Of a stretch of DNA of 64,000 nucleotides, positions 1 to 13,274 are shown piece by piece. Made by a program: the position numbers and the translations under genes. Under the pieces are notes generated by a model. It ran no database searches and had not been told where the DNA came from. It was given only the letters and a program-made list of their open reading frames with translations. Numbering within the stretch: position 1 is the stretch's first letter; the number at the start of each line of letters is the position of its first letter. Origin of the DNA: Octopus vulgaris (taxonomy: Eukaryota); the NCBI GenBank assembly GCA_951406725.2, contig OX597820.1, positions 34,472,001 through 34,536,000 on the forward strand. Reading direction: 5' to 3'.

Positions 1-1
1 C

Positions 2-803
2 TATAGGCATGGCTCGAGAAACACGGGGCCGACCTGCCCGAGATGCGGGCAGAGCGACGAAACCGCTATGCACGCAATCGTGCATTGTCCAGCAATTTCC
101 GACTTGTGGACTTATGTCGAACGACTGCTGTCACGTCTGGGACGTGTCGGTTTATCAGCCGAGTCTATCGTTAATATCGTCACGCCTCCTTCCTTCAAAC
201 GGGAAGGAAGAGCTATTTTTATCATACTTGTGGCTATGGCGAAAGAATATATCTGGTGGACGCGCCTGAAAGGATTAGAGACAAACACTTTCCTCTCTGG
301 TCAATCTCTCATCAACTTCTTCAAGTATCACTTGAAGAGGAAAGTGAGAGTAGAGAGGCAAGTTTTGTCTAGTGAATGTTTTAAAAAAAGATGGGTGAAT
401 GTAGCAAGGATGGCACGTATGAATGACGAAGCCATCTTGACTATGATTCTATGAACCGTAAAAATTAATACAGAGAGTTGCTTATTTGCAAAAAAAAGAA
501 AAAAAGAAATATAACATGTGACTTCATTGACCGAGGTTACCGTGGTCTTTTCCGTAGGCTTTTCTTTCCACGGGTAAACCTCACCTGTCCTCCTCTTTAC
601 ACTTCATATTGACATTTCTGTGATAACGATCCATATTGATCAATTCCCCCCCCCTTTTTTTTAAAACACCCCTTTTTTGTCCTCTTTCTTTCCTTTTACG
701 ATCCCTTTTGATCGAAAACCACCACCAAACTTTTTTTTTTACCCCCAAAAGAAAAGCTCTACCTTGTAATTTGTTCTATCTGTGTGCAGCCTAATAAAGA
801 AAC
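2..803 (+). mobile_element. Tx1/L1-clade LINE 3' end (ORF2 C-terminal zinc finger, 3' UTR), ending in (TCTA)n
   Basis: Frame 2..454 reads CPRCGQSDETAMHAIVHCP (zf-RVT-type C-x2-C...H-x4-C), then AKEYIWWTR...FKKRW. T/C-rich 3' UTR with AATAAA near 793, directly followed by (TCTA)n. Confidence 0.85.
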
Positions 804-804
804 A

Positions 805-885
<81 letters not shown>
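805..885. repeat. (TCTA)n microsatellite
   Basis: Perfect tetranucleotide run. Confidence 0.95.
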
Positions 886-886
<1 letters not shown>

Positions 887-1747
887 GTTAGCTAGCTAGC
901 TAGCTAGCTATAGCATGCGTTTGGTTGATGTTTGAGCATATGCATATTATAATTTATGGGGTTTTTCAGATTTCGAACGGAAAATTAGTCCATGAAGTTG
1001 AATGTTCAATTAAATATTTGTAAGTTTATAAACATGTATTTTTGTAAATCGTGTGATATCAAGAATGCGTTATGTATATGTTATACATGTCTGTGTAGTT
1101 AGGGATTTCAGCTTGAGTTTCTGGGGGCACAATGTTTGTAATTCATATTGTGCAAGAAACCGATATCCCAAAAATTACCAAGGGCACATAGTTGGCACGG
1201 TAGGTGAGGCGTCATGCTAGAAATTTCGAAGTTTAAAATGTTTCTTGCGCTTGCACGGTGATAAAATTTTTTCCCTAATATTCAAAATATTCATTTATGC
1301 TATTATGGTATTTAGTTTCCCTATGAGACAGAGGTCACATTTGCTGCCCCGTCCCTTATATTTGTTGGCCTGAGCGATGATGCTCCAATTTATATGGGAG
1401 TTGTCATCCACGTATTCTCTCTTTAAGGTTCCATATCATATTGGATAAAGATGTTGCGTATCTTCGGTTCTTGTCTCTAAAAGAAACCGGGTACTTTACT
1501 ACAGATAAATTAAATATCATTACATTGAACAGTAAGGAAGAAACTTTCTTCCCTTGCATGCCCGTTTTATTTATTTATTGGAAATCAATTTTAACAAGGC
1601 AGCACCAGCTATGAAACAGGTTTCAAGCAACCGCTTCGTATGTTGGGAGTAAAAGCAGAGAAGGATCATCGAATGAGAAATTGCTCTAAGACTAATAAAA
1701 CAATCAATGCAATATATGAAAGAATTAAAATCATTGTATTTTTACCT

Positions 1748-2136
1748 GGGAAAAGAGACTTCAGCAGAAACCAAGGCTGCGATTTAAGGACTGTGTCAAG
1801 TCCTCATTAAAGGTCTGTGATATGCAGGAGACTGACCGAGAGAGTAATACCTACCATCGTCACAAATGGAGAAAGCAGGTTAAGGAGGGGGTCGGCACTT
1901 TTGAGAGAGCACGTAATCTGTATGAAGAACTTAAGCGTGCTGTTCGAAAGCGAACTTCTAGCGTAGTGAATGGGGAATGCTTGGTTTGCAATGTTTGTAT
2001 TCGTGTACGGTTGTCAAGAGCAGAGCTCATAAGCCACCAACGGGGTCGCAAAATGCAAAATATAAGTTAGTCCTAGAGCGCAGAATGTTCCTAAAGGTCA
2101 GCAATGGTTTTCCTCGGTCACGAGTGGACGGCCATC

Positions 2137-2138
<2 letters not shown>
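1748..2138 (+). mobile_element. RTE (BovB-like) LINE 3' fragment
   Basis: GKRLQQKPRLRFKDCVKSSLK...HKWRKQVKEG...CNVCIRVRLSRAELISHQR matches the RTE C-terminus (G.R..G.P..RFKD.LK; terminal C..C.R...SR.GL.SH.R finger), followed by a short 3' tail. Confidence 0.8.
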
Positions 2139-2172
<34 letters not shown>

Positions 2173-2254
2173 GTGTCTGAATTTGTTCCCCTCCGCCGCT
2201 TATTTGTCTGGATTTGTTTACGTTCCCGTATCTTTGCAGTTTGGCAAAAGAGAC

Positions 2255-2724
2255 TGTAGCGGGAATATTCAGCAATCAGCGGATGTCGTTATTCACTAGA
2301 ATATTGCCCATGTAATCCACGAGATCTAACCAATCACAACTTTGCGTCGAATAGGCTTCAGCGACGGTCTTACCTTTTGGCGCACTTCTTTATAAGTCTA
2401 TCAACCAGTATAAATTCTACACACTGTGATTACAAAGACCTTTGCGATGCAGCAAAGAGAGCATTGACAGATACTGTAGGAGTTGACTAACAGAGACGGC
2501 GGACAGCAGCTGACAACACAAAGGCAGTGAACAGTCGGATGCCGAAAAGCATTAGAAGTCAGCAGCCGGCAAGCAACTAACAACACTTTATCTGCTGCTA
2601 CTGCTACACCAAAAATAAAAATTCTCTTGGTGTTTTGTTGTTCACAGTATGGTCAACATTCACGGAAAAAAATAAAATTTTGTTTATCAAAAATCTCAAC
2701 AGACTAAGAGTTATTCTTCGTACA
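2255..2724 (+). mobile_element. Probable solo LTR (470 bp) inserted in a SINE 3' fragment
   Basis: TGTA...TACA termini, flanks AGAC/AGAT (4-bp TSD, 1 mismatch), CCAAT near 2330, TATAA at ~2390 and ~2409, AATAAA at ~2614 and ~2671. The SINE sequence GGCAAAAGAGAC|CGATAGAATAA resumes after it. Confidence 0.65.
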
Positions 2725-2751
2725 AGATCGACAGAATAAATGTCAGGCTTT

Positions 2752-3664
2752 GGGGTACCCAAAAGTAACCGGAAACGTTCTCTGTGGGACAAATCCGTTG
2801 TAGTTCAGGCTTCTGCCGCTAGGAGCCGCTTGATGCGACTCTCATACATCAGTCTGCCGACAGGCATAGTTGGCTCACGTCGTACTTCATCGTGGTGCGT
2901 CTTTGCTTTGCTGTGCTTCTCTCCTGTTCGTTGATTTTTGCGATGGCTGGAACGAAGGAACAACGTGCTTCCATGAAATTCAGGTTTCTGTTGGGGAAAA
3001 CGGCGGCCGAAACACTTGTCATGCTTCAAACAGCTTACAAGGACGCTGCCATGAGCAAAACACAAGTTTACGAGTGGTTTCCACGCTTTATGATATGGAC
3101 ACTTGTCGCTTCAAGACCAGCCTCGTACAGGGCTACCGTCGACTTCCCGAACGAATGAAAATATCATGAAAATTCAGGAATTGACCTTGGGGGACCATCA
3201 CTGAACAACTGACAAACATGTTGATATGATTGGTATGTCCTGGTGCTCCTGCCAGCGAATTTTGAGCGAGGAATTGCGAATGAAAAGAGTAACAGCAAAA
3301 TTTGTGCCTCGCTTGCTTACGGAACATCAAAAGCAGTCACGAATGAATGCGTGTCGTAAACTGAAAGAACAGCTGAAATTTGATCACCCGGACCTTTTTT
3401 TCGAAGGTCATCATTGATGATGAAAGATGGTGCAACGGAATTTGCAGATGTGGAAGAGGTGAAGAAAAATAACGACAGAGGCGTTAAAAGATATCACTTC
3501 ACAAGAGTTCCAGCACTGGTTCGAACGATGGAAAATGTGTCTGGACGGATGCATTGCTTCAAGCGGAGAATACTTTGAAGGCGATAAAAGTGTATACATG
3601 TAAAACTAAGTGAATAAATTAATATTGCATAAATCCGGTTTCCTTTTGGTTCCCCCTCGCCGTA
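2752..3664 (+). mobile_element. Tc1/mariner element, degenerate and internally deleted
   Basis: Imperfect TIRs GGGGTACCCAAAAGTAACCGGA / TCCGGTTTCCTTTTGGTTCCCCC. HTH region EQRASMKF...KTAAET...VYEWF, then AKFVPRLLT (WVPHEL-like), first catalytic D (IDDERWC), then a jump to FADVEEVK...GEYFEG. Confidence 0.9.
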
Positions 3665-3900
3665 CAGTATATACTTTAGTGAATTCTTTCGACTGAAATC
3701 CTTCGAGATGGTGCCCAAGCATGGCCACAGTTCAGTGACTGAAACAAGTAAAAGATAAAAGCTAAATAAATAAATAAATAAATAACAAGTCTTTGGAAAT
3801 AGTGAGAAATTTCCAGTGTCAGACGGTACGATATGTCGATTGGAACAATACTCGGTCACATCAATGCGCATGACAAGTGGACTTTGTAAGTAAAGTGACA

Positions 3901-3951
<51 letters not shown>

Positions 3952-4124
3952 TAGATAGATAGATATAGATATAGATATAAAAATATCTCCGTCCACTGAA
4001 GTGTCCAGCTGAAGGTCAACCACACCACTCAGACGTAATTGATTATCAGAATTGTGGGCGCGCGCGTGTATCTATCTATCTCTGTGTGTGCGTATGCATA
4101 TATATGTACAGACACACACGCACG

Positions 4125-4198
<74 letters not shown>

Positions 4199-4486
4199 CG
4201 TACCTATATATATATATACGATAGAGCTGACCAAGAAATTGGAGAAGGAGAAGGGGGAAAGACAAAGAGGTTTGGTAGGAGGTAGATATCGCTGTTTATA
4301 TTACGAGACATTATTTTAGTTGATATTAATGTCTCTTTTTCCGATTTTTCTCTTCACATTTATTTTAAACACTTACAGTGTTCTTCAAATTGGTGTTCTT
4401 ATATATAAAAATGATAAGAACAGTGGTGACTGAGAGGGTGTGTGATAAGACAGAAGAAGATAGAAGTGATAGCTAGAGGTACAAGG

Positions 4487-4570
<84 letters not shown>

Positions 4571-4572
<2 letters not shown>

Positions 4573-4831
4573 CTTTCTTTATTGGCCACACAGGGCTGGA
4601 CAGAGAGGGGACAATTACAAATGTAGAGTTTTTCTTTTCGGGGGTGGAAAAGGAAAAAGAAGAAAAAAAGGATACAAATGTAAAATTTCGATCAAAAGGG
4701 ATCGGAAGAAAAAAAAAGCGATCAAAAGGGATCGTGTATCACAGAAAAAATTTTTTTTTTCTCAAAGTAACAAACAAGATTAGATTCATCCGTAGAAAGA
4801 AAAGCCTACAGAAAAGACCATGGTAACCTCA
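4571..4831 (-). mobile_element. 5'-truncated Tx1 LINE 3' UTR (same family as 2-803), ending in (TATC)n
   Basis: Reverse complement matches 533-803 (GAGGTTACC.TGGTCTTTTC.GTAGGCTTTT; AATAAAGAAA) and abuts the (GATA)n run at 4491-4570. Confidence 0.85.
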
Positions 4832-4993
4832 GGCAGGGAGGAAAAAAAAACACATGAGAGCAAAGTGCTCTCTCTCTCTCTCTTTTACGATTTACAGGAT
4901 CATGCTCAAAGTGGTTTCGTCACTCGCACGCACCATCTTTGCTACATTCACCCACCTTCTTTTGAAACTTTCACGAGATAGACAGATAAATAA

Positions 4994-5057
<64 letters not shown>

Positions 5058-5384
5058 GTATAGAGTGGGATGGTAAACTATTGGCTTAAGAGATGAGAGC
5101 AAGAGAGAAAACCATGAAAGAAGATGGGGGAGAATGAGACGAAAGAAGAAAAGAGCACTTGGGTGCTTGTAATGAATTTATTGGTGAGGCATTAAAGGGT
5201 GACAGAGGGAGCAAAGCGTGAGAGAAAGAGAGAGAGAGTGGAGAGATAGAAGCTACTGCATAAATTAAGTATGCGCGCGCGTATGCGTAATTCTAAATTT
5301 TGAATAACCATACCAATGGGGAGGAGATGACAGAGGAAACGTTACTGACGGATAAAAAAATATAATTTTTATAGGTATTGTACC

Positions 5385-5625
5385 ATGTGGATTAGTGGTT
5401 AGGGTGTCAGCATCATGATCGTAAGATTGTAGTTTCGATTCCTGGACCGGGCAACGCGTTGTGTTCTTGAGCAAAACACTTCATTTCACGTTGCTCCAGT
5501 CCACTCAGCTGGCAGAAATGAGTAACGCTGCAATGGACTAACGTCCCATCCAACTGGGGAACACATACGCCATTGAAACCGGGAAACCGGGCCTATGAGC
5601 CTGGTTAGGCTTTAAAAGGGCGCAT
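5385..5625 (+). mobile_element. tRNA-derived SINE, family C
   Basis: A box TGGATTAGTGG, B box TTTCGATTCC. Body TTGAGCAAAACACTTCATTTCACGTTGCTCCAGTCCACTCAGCTGG recurs at 45275 and 48893. Confidence 0.85.
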
Positions 5626-5634
5626 TTATTATTC

Positions 5635-5822
5635 GGTAATGGACCTACCTATAGTCAATCATAATTTTTTTAATTATTATATACGTGTTTTATCTATAAG
5701 TAATCGTAAATAGGGGCTGGCACGATGACGCCTCAGGAACCACTAACTTCGAACGACCTCAGCCCCATCAAGTAAGAGCATAAAGTCAAGCCAAAGGACC
5801 AACTATAAGTAGGTCCATTACC
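5635..5822. mobile_element. Small MITE (188 bp) with 21-bp TIRs
   Basis: GGTAATGGACCTACCTATAGT ... ACTATAAGTAGGTCCATTACC (1 mismatch). No clear TSD. Confidence 0.75.
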
Positions 5823-6229
5823 TATAAAAAGTGAACTGTTCTCCATTCAATGTCATTCCAAATCGCGATACCCCCTGTACGCAACCAATTACAGGAAAAT
5901 AACGTAATGTATTATAATCGAACTAAACGAAACCGAGTTTATTGAGCAAGGTAGCTTTTGAAAAGTCACCTGACGTGGCACATCTGTACCGAATGATGCA
6001 CCACAACCAGTTGTCTAGAATCTCGTGGATTCCATTTTCTCTTTCTCTCATACATACATACATACATACATACATACATACATACATACATACATACATA
6101 CATACACGCACACATACATACATACATACATACATACATACATACATACATACATACATACACACACACAATACAAACTCTCTTATATATATGTATGTAT
6201 ATAAACTCTCTTATATATATGTATGTATA

Positions 6230-6805
6230 TCTATTATATAAAATCCGTTCTGTCTGTCTGTATGTGTGTCTTCTAGGATCTCGGGCATCCTCCATCCGAT
6301 TGCGCTCAAATTTGATATGTATATACCGACGGTATCAGGGCGTGTATAAGTCTTGAAAAAATTACAAAAATCGGTTCCAGGTGAGAATGCGATCGATAAA
6401 GCCGTGGGAACGTGCATTTGTACGCGCAAGTACATCAGCTGTTGCGATCGATAGTACGCGTACGCGAGAAAAATACACGTGCAGTTTGCGTAAAAAAGCC
6501 GGCTGGCTTCAAATAATGCCACAAAATGCAGTATATTTAAGCGACCAAAAAAAGTAAGATGCAAAAGAGATATTTTCTTCAAACTTGACATGAAGAAAAG
6601 AAAGACTATTTGGTTTCTCAAGAAGTTTTGTTTTTTGCCTTAACTTCGTTTAACAAAACCAAAAATTTTATTGAAATAAAGGCGTGCTTAATTATTTTTT
6701 AATGAAAAGAAAATACTGATTGCTTTTTATTCAGCAGATATGATTCAGCACCGCCCATTGGACGAGGGGCGTTTTGCTCGTGTATATATATATATATATA
6801 TATAT

Positions 6806-6852
<47 letters not shown>

Positions 6853-6875
6853 CACTCACTCACACACACACACAC

Positions 6876-6909
<34 letters not shown>

Positions 6910-8245
6910 ATACACATATATGTGTGTGTGTGTGCGTGCACGCGTGTATGTTCCTATGCATTCCAAAACCGAGTTGCCGATTTTGATGTATGGAGTATCT
7001 ATAGATTCAGTACTATTTCCGCTACCAACTAAACTTTATTTTCATTGACATATTTGCATTACAAAAATCTAAACTATCCTAAACATTTTACGCAACGACG
7101 ACGACGATGACGTCACATTTTCTATATGTGTGTGTACCTTAAAAGACACCCATCATCACGACATCCACCTTCACTCACTCACTCACTCACTCTCTCTCTC
7201 TCTCTCTCTCGCACGCACACACGCACATACACATACACACACGCGCCCATTTCATATACACTTGCATACATCTTTCACTTTCTCATTTCCTTCATTTTCT
7301 GCTCTCTCTCTCCTCTTTTCGCTTTCTCTTTTCTTTCAATTTCTGCTCTCTTCAAAACATGAATTAATTTTTACGGAATGAGCGAGTGAAACGCAGAATG
7401 GGAAAAAAGACAGAGAGAGAAGAGAAAGAAACAGACAGAAAACCAGTTTCTATAGGAGAAGTTGAAAGACGGATAGCGGGTGAGAGACAGACGCTGATGT
7501 TTCATGCCCTATGTATATGTTCTATAGCTGAAAGTGAAAGAAAGCCAGCACAAAATTGATACTGTATGGTCTATAGGTGAAAGTGAAAGAAAGCCGGCAC
7601 AAAATTGATACTGTTTGGTCTATAGGTGAAAGTGAAGGAAAGCCGACACAAAGAAAGAGGGAAAGTAAGAGAGAAGGAAATTATAATTTTGAAAACAAGA
7701 TTTCTGGCCCAAATCATATTAACCCCCTTTTTATTCCAAGAAACAGTACATAGTTTGTGATCCTTCTTTAGAACATAAATCACTTTCATGCCAGTCGAAC
7801 CCAACCCTTCAGTTCTGGACGAACAATAACTTCCATTACGCTAGTAATCCACTCCACCATATATCAGCTAACAGAATGCATTATGCTTATCGAGACAGAG
7901 CATAGCCAAATCATTATTTACAGTTTACCGCTTCTTCTCAAAATAACGGTATACAAATCGACATATGCATTTTCCCACATCTTTTCATTCGTTACTAAAA
8001 AGTCAAATTATACAATGCACAACTTTAAATTGCTATGTCTTCCATCTTATTTGTTCCTTAATCGTTCACTCTTTTCAGCCATGCCACCAAAACGAAGACA
8101 TTCTCATTTATCTCCACAAACAAGGGCTGCAAAGAAAACCGCCTTTACTCCTGCTCAAGAAAACTCACTTCAGCGATGCCCAAATGTGTAATATTTCAAA
8201 ACGACCACCGACGCACAATATATATCGGGCAGTTTGTTTTAACTT
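6230..8245 (+). mobile_element. Probable non-autonomous Helitron remnant
   Basis: A|TCTATTATATAAAA start followed by (CTGT)n and CCGATTGCGCTCAAATTTG, typical of invertebrate Helitron 5' ends. MPPKRRHSHLSPQTRAAKK at ~8081 resembles RepHel N-termini. A 3' hairpin-CTAG end is not clearly seen. Confidence 0.45.
7521..7650. repeat. ~49-bp minisatellite, 2.6 copies
   Basis: TCTATAGSTGAAAGTGAAAGAAAGCCRGCACAAAATTGATACTGTWTGG repeated in tandem. Confidence 0.9.
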
Positions 8246-9419
8246 GGTGGCTGTTTTAATTTTTAAGTTCCAGCTATAATCTTTTGACATATCGGTCTCA
8301 ATATGGTCAACTTCGTCTACATGTATGTATGTATGTATGTATGTATGTATGTATGTATGTATGTATGTATGTATGTATGTATGTATGTATGTATGTACGT
8401 ATGTATGTATGTATGTATGTATGTATGTATGTATGTATGTATGTATGTATGTATGTATGTATGTACGTATGTACGTATGTATGTATGTATGTATTTATGT
8501 ATGTATGCGCGTGTCTGTGTACGTACGTATGTATATTTGTATGCATGCATGTATGTAATGTGTATGTATGTACATATGTATAATATAATAAACCTTTACA
8601 TAAATAAATAACGTGAAATACACGAAGGGACGAACATAAGAGACAGACGGGTCATTCAAAGCATTCGTTCTTCAGTCAGAAACCGATTCCTCATCGCAGA
8701 TTTCGGCTGTTTAATTCTGATATCCGCTCTGAATCGGCCAGCCCCAGAAGGAAAGAATGCAACGCAACAGAGACGAACATGAAACGAAAAAAACTTTTTT
8801 GAAGACAGTAACGGTTAAAAACATGGATGACACAGGCGCCCTACGGCTTTGAGACAAAAGGAGACACAAAAACAATATCAGCAAGCGTGGAAAAATAATT
8901 ACCTTCTCGGTGAGGAGACACATGTTGAACAAGCGGCCGATGGCAACAGAATGGCTGAGGCAGCAAGTCGCAAGAGGGTAAGAGAGAGAAGGGGGTAAGA
9001 GAGAGGAAAAGAGGGACAGAGAGAGAGAGAGGGGACCAAGGAGGGTGGAAGGCGAGGACAGAAGCAGTGACCAAGAGAGAGAGGGAGAGAAGGAATCAGA
9101 GAAGAAGCAGTATGTATGTATGTATGTATGTATGTATGTATGTATGTATGTATGTATGTATGTATGTATGTATGTATGCGCGTGTCTGTGTTAGTTCCCC
9201 TACAACTTGATGACAGGTGTTCATTTGTTTATGCCCCTGTAATGTAGTGGTTCGGCAAATGAAACCGGTAGAATGAGTACCAGACTAAAAGCTACTTGTA
9301 AGGCCGATTTGTTCGACTAAAACTCCTTCAGAGCGGCACTTCAGTACGGCCGCAGTCTAATGAATGAAACAAGTATAAGTAAAAGATAAAATAGAAAAAA
9401 TCTGTTTTGTAGTCATTTT

Positions 9420-9799
9420 GTATTCACTTGTTTCAGTCATTTGACTGCGGCCATGCTGGAGCACCGCCTTTAATCGAGCAACTCGATCCCGGGACTTATT
9501 CTTTTGTAAGCCCAGTACTTATTCTATCGGTCTTTTTTGCCGAACCGCTAAGTAACGGGGACATAAACACACCAGCATCGGTTGTCAAGCAATGCTAGGG
9601 GGACAAACACAGACACACACACACACACTCATATATATATACATATATACGACGGGCTTCTTTCAGTTTCCGTCTACCAAATCCACTCACAAAGCTTTGG
9701 TCGGCCCGATGCTATAATAGAAGACACTTGCGCAAGGTGCCACGCAGTGGGACTGAACCCGGAACCATGTGGTTGGTAAACAAGCTACTTACCACACAC
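9420..9799 (-). mobile_element. tRNA-derived SINE, family A
   Basis: Near-identical to 16737-17128 and 43312-43837; internal CA/TA microsatellite; tail GGCGGTGCTCCAGCATGGCCGCAGTCAAATGACTGAAACAAG. Confidence 0.9.
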
Positions 9800-10129
9800 A
9801 TATAGTTATGTATTCTTTTGGTTCGTGTTGGGACAATAAACAACTCAGTGAAGGAGTTATTATGATTCTACGAGTTTATTTACTTGGCATGTTTACAAAC
9901 TGTATATGTATAGCGGTGTGATACACACTGTGCGTATCCGCTTTAGTCACACTTCATACTGTTTACTAGATGCGCTTAACAAAATTGTACTAATAGTGGG
10001 GATGTATTCATATATACGTATACCTACGTATACACATAGATATGAACATATAACAAGTATATATGATTGAACTGTACATCGTCAAGGTGTTGAGGATCGA
10101 GGTGCGTAGAAAGTATGTGTGTGTATGTA

Positions 10130-10172
<43 letters not shown>

Positions 10173-10333
10173 GTACACACTTATACACATATATCTATAT
10201 ACGTATATGTGTGCGTTTGTAAAATTATTCGAAAACTCTCAACACCAAAACGCTCAACCAAACATAACAGAAGTCTTTTATAACAATCAAACAAGGTAGT
10301 CGATTGACAATGTCGAGTGATCCATTGGTAACG

Positions 10334-10415
<82 letters not shown>

Positions 10416-10794
10416 GTTAGTGATAATAAATTGTCATTTTAGATTTCGATGAAAACCACTTCAATGGCCCCTTGGAACATTGGAACGCAATGAACAAAGA
10501 GAAAGCACATTCTTTGATATCGCTGTTAGAACTGAACACGAATTTACACATCCCATTGAAAAGGTTATTGAATTTAAAGGAATCAAATTCAGTAAGATGA
10601 CATATATTTCTATAGATTTGTGAAAATTTTAAATCCGCAGAGACTGGTTGCGTTATAGTTCCTACATAAAATATTTAGGTTTTCTGATTCCCTCAAAATT
10701 TTATAAGAATGTCACAATTTAAAACGTTGTCTTTTTCATTTTGTTTTGTATAAAAAAAATTTCTGTTATTTCAAACTTAGTAGACAGTTGGGAC

Positions 10795-10825
<31 letters not shown>

Positions 10826-10993
10826 TGTATGTATGTATGTATGTATGTATGTATGTATCTATCTATCTATCTCTATTTATATATGTCCCACCAGTCTACT
10901 AAGTTTGAAATAAAAGAATTTTTTATATATAAAACATGTTTGTACATATGTACCTACATGTAGGCATATATGTACACGTGTGTGTGTATGAGA

Positions 10994-11051
<58 letters not shown>

Positions 11052-11179
11052 TTATATGTATTTACGCTTGCATATATTTATTATCATGTGTGCACTTCTG
11101 CGTTATGTATCCATCCATCCATCCATACATACATACATACATCCATACAAACTTATATATGTGCACATACACAGATATG

Positions 11180-11226
<47 letters not shown>

Positions 11227-11369
11227 ACACACATACACACGTGTATATTACTGCCCTTCTCGTTGTTGCTGTTCTGCAACAAATATAAGACTAACCTCAC
11301 TTAAAATTGACAGGTAGATATTATTTATATTGTTGGTAATACAAAACCTTTGTCTGTCCATCTATCTAT

Positions 11370-11479
<110 letters not shown>

Positions 11480-11716
11480 CTAATACAAGCACTCGCATAC
11501 GACTCCGTGCTAAGAATCTTGCTTCATAGCCACATAGTTCCGGGTTCAGTCCCGCCTTGAACAAATGTCTTTTTCTGTAGCCTTGTCCAACTTGCGAGTG
11601 GATTTGGTTGACTGAAGCTGAAAGAAATCCGTCGTCGATATCATAAGACATTATAAGCTTTCAAGTGAATGTGAATTAATATCGAAGCACATATCTATTT
11701 AATATCGAAGCACATA

Positions 11717-12056
11717 GGGTAAAGACCCCTGTCAGTCATGAATGACCACAGGATTGCACCTAAAAAGTTACCCTCCGAGGCACAAGTCCTGGGCAAGGTT
11801 GTTTATGGAAGACCAGCAGTTGCCCATGCATATAAGCCTCCCTTCTCCACGTCACCGATGTTGTCCAAGAGAAAGGCAATGGCCAATACAGCTTAGCACC
11901 AGCGACGTTGCAGCTCATTTCTATAATTGAGTGAACTGAGCATCGTGAAATAAAGTGTCTTGCTCAAGAGCACAACACACAGCCCGGTCCGGGAATCGAA
12001 CTCACTATCTCATGATTGTGAGCCTGACGCTCTAACCATCGAGCCATGCGTCTTCA
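11717..12056 (-). mobile_element. tRNA-derived SINE with family-C head and a different 3' body
   Basis: Head TGGCTCGATGGTTAGAGCG...GTTCGATTCCCGGACCGGGC and TTGAGCAAGACACTT core are shared with family C; downstream half is unrelated. Confidence 0.75.
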
Positions 12057-13114
12057 CATAAGTGCTATAAATATCAGCGTGTAAATAGTGGGTTAGAAAT
12101 CCAATTTGGATAGAAAAAGTCTATAGCTGTCCGTGTGACTCGAACACACATCTTCGGTAGACATTACAAGCTTTCTACCATCGGAGCAAAGTATTCCTTT
12201 GAATTTCTTTATTCATTTCAAAAACTTTATTCTTACCAGCGAGAATTGTATAATCGTTGGCGTCTTAAAAATGTATAAATTTTCGAGAGACTGTGAATTA
12301 ATTCAAATTGGAATTGGATGTCGAATACCATAAATGTTATAAATAAAGTTATGTAAATATTGGGCTGGAAAAAAACCCCAATTTTGGATTGAGAAAATCG
12401 AAGGACTCTCTTGTTATTATTTCTTGTTCCCGCATGCACTCTATTTTGTAAATATGTAAAAATGTTTAGTTCTGCTGGAGACCAGATAGGGAAGCTGCTG
12501 TACTGATGATGCCTGTTGAGACAGAGCACATGCACAAACTGTCCTGAAGTATGCAGTAGGTTTATTTCTTAATGGTATGTGAAGACTGGACTCTTCTTGA
12601 TTATTTGGATTATCTCCCCTTTTCATTTGGTGACGGTCCTGATTTCCATTAAGTAATTGTTCTACATTCACTGGAAGTAGAGTTGATTTCAGTCAATCAA
12701 AGAATTTATCTTTTATGTCTTTATATAATAATATATGCTTAAAATGCCTTTGTTGTTCAGAAAATGCCACTGGCAATTCTGAATTATTTCTTTTAGCTCA
12801 TTTCTTTCCATGTATGTATGTATGTATGTATGTATGTATGTATGTATGTATGTATGTATGTATGAATGTGCGTGCGTGTGCGCGCGTGCGTGTGTGTGTG
12901 TGCGTGTCATTGTTCAATCTTATTTCTTGATTTCTTGCCAATAGAGAAAGGGCCGGTTTCTAACCTAGATTCAAAGTTCCCTCATGGAATTTCACCAATA
13001 TCAGCAGGATTTTTGTGCATGGATGTGTGTAGAATTTAGAGTCAGTGCATGTGTAAATTTGTGTCTTTTTGTATATATATATGTATATATATATTCTCAT
13101 GCATACAGTTGCAT

Positions 13115-13220
13115 GTCTAGACATGCACATATATATATATACTTAAATGATAAACTTCTGTCCTGGATCTGTGATGTCCTGGATCTGTAGTCTTTGAGTC
13201 AGCTTTCTCCTTTCTGGGTT
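13115..13220 (-). mobile_element. Short 3' fragment of an RLE-type non-LTR element (same family as 35245-35482)
   Basis: Shares TCTAGACATGC...ACTTAAATGATAAACT...TGGATCTGTAGTCTT...TCAGCTTTCTC with 35245-35360. Confidence 0.7.
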
Positions 13221-13274
13221 TTTTATATAAAAAAAAACTACAATACATATATATCCCCCGTTTTTTGTATTAAT

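Noticed and set aside
12500-12535. CTGATGA followed by a hairpin
   Set aside because: No GAAA after the stem.
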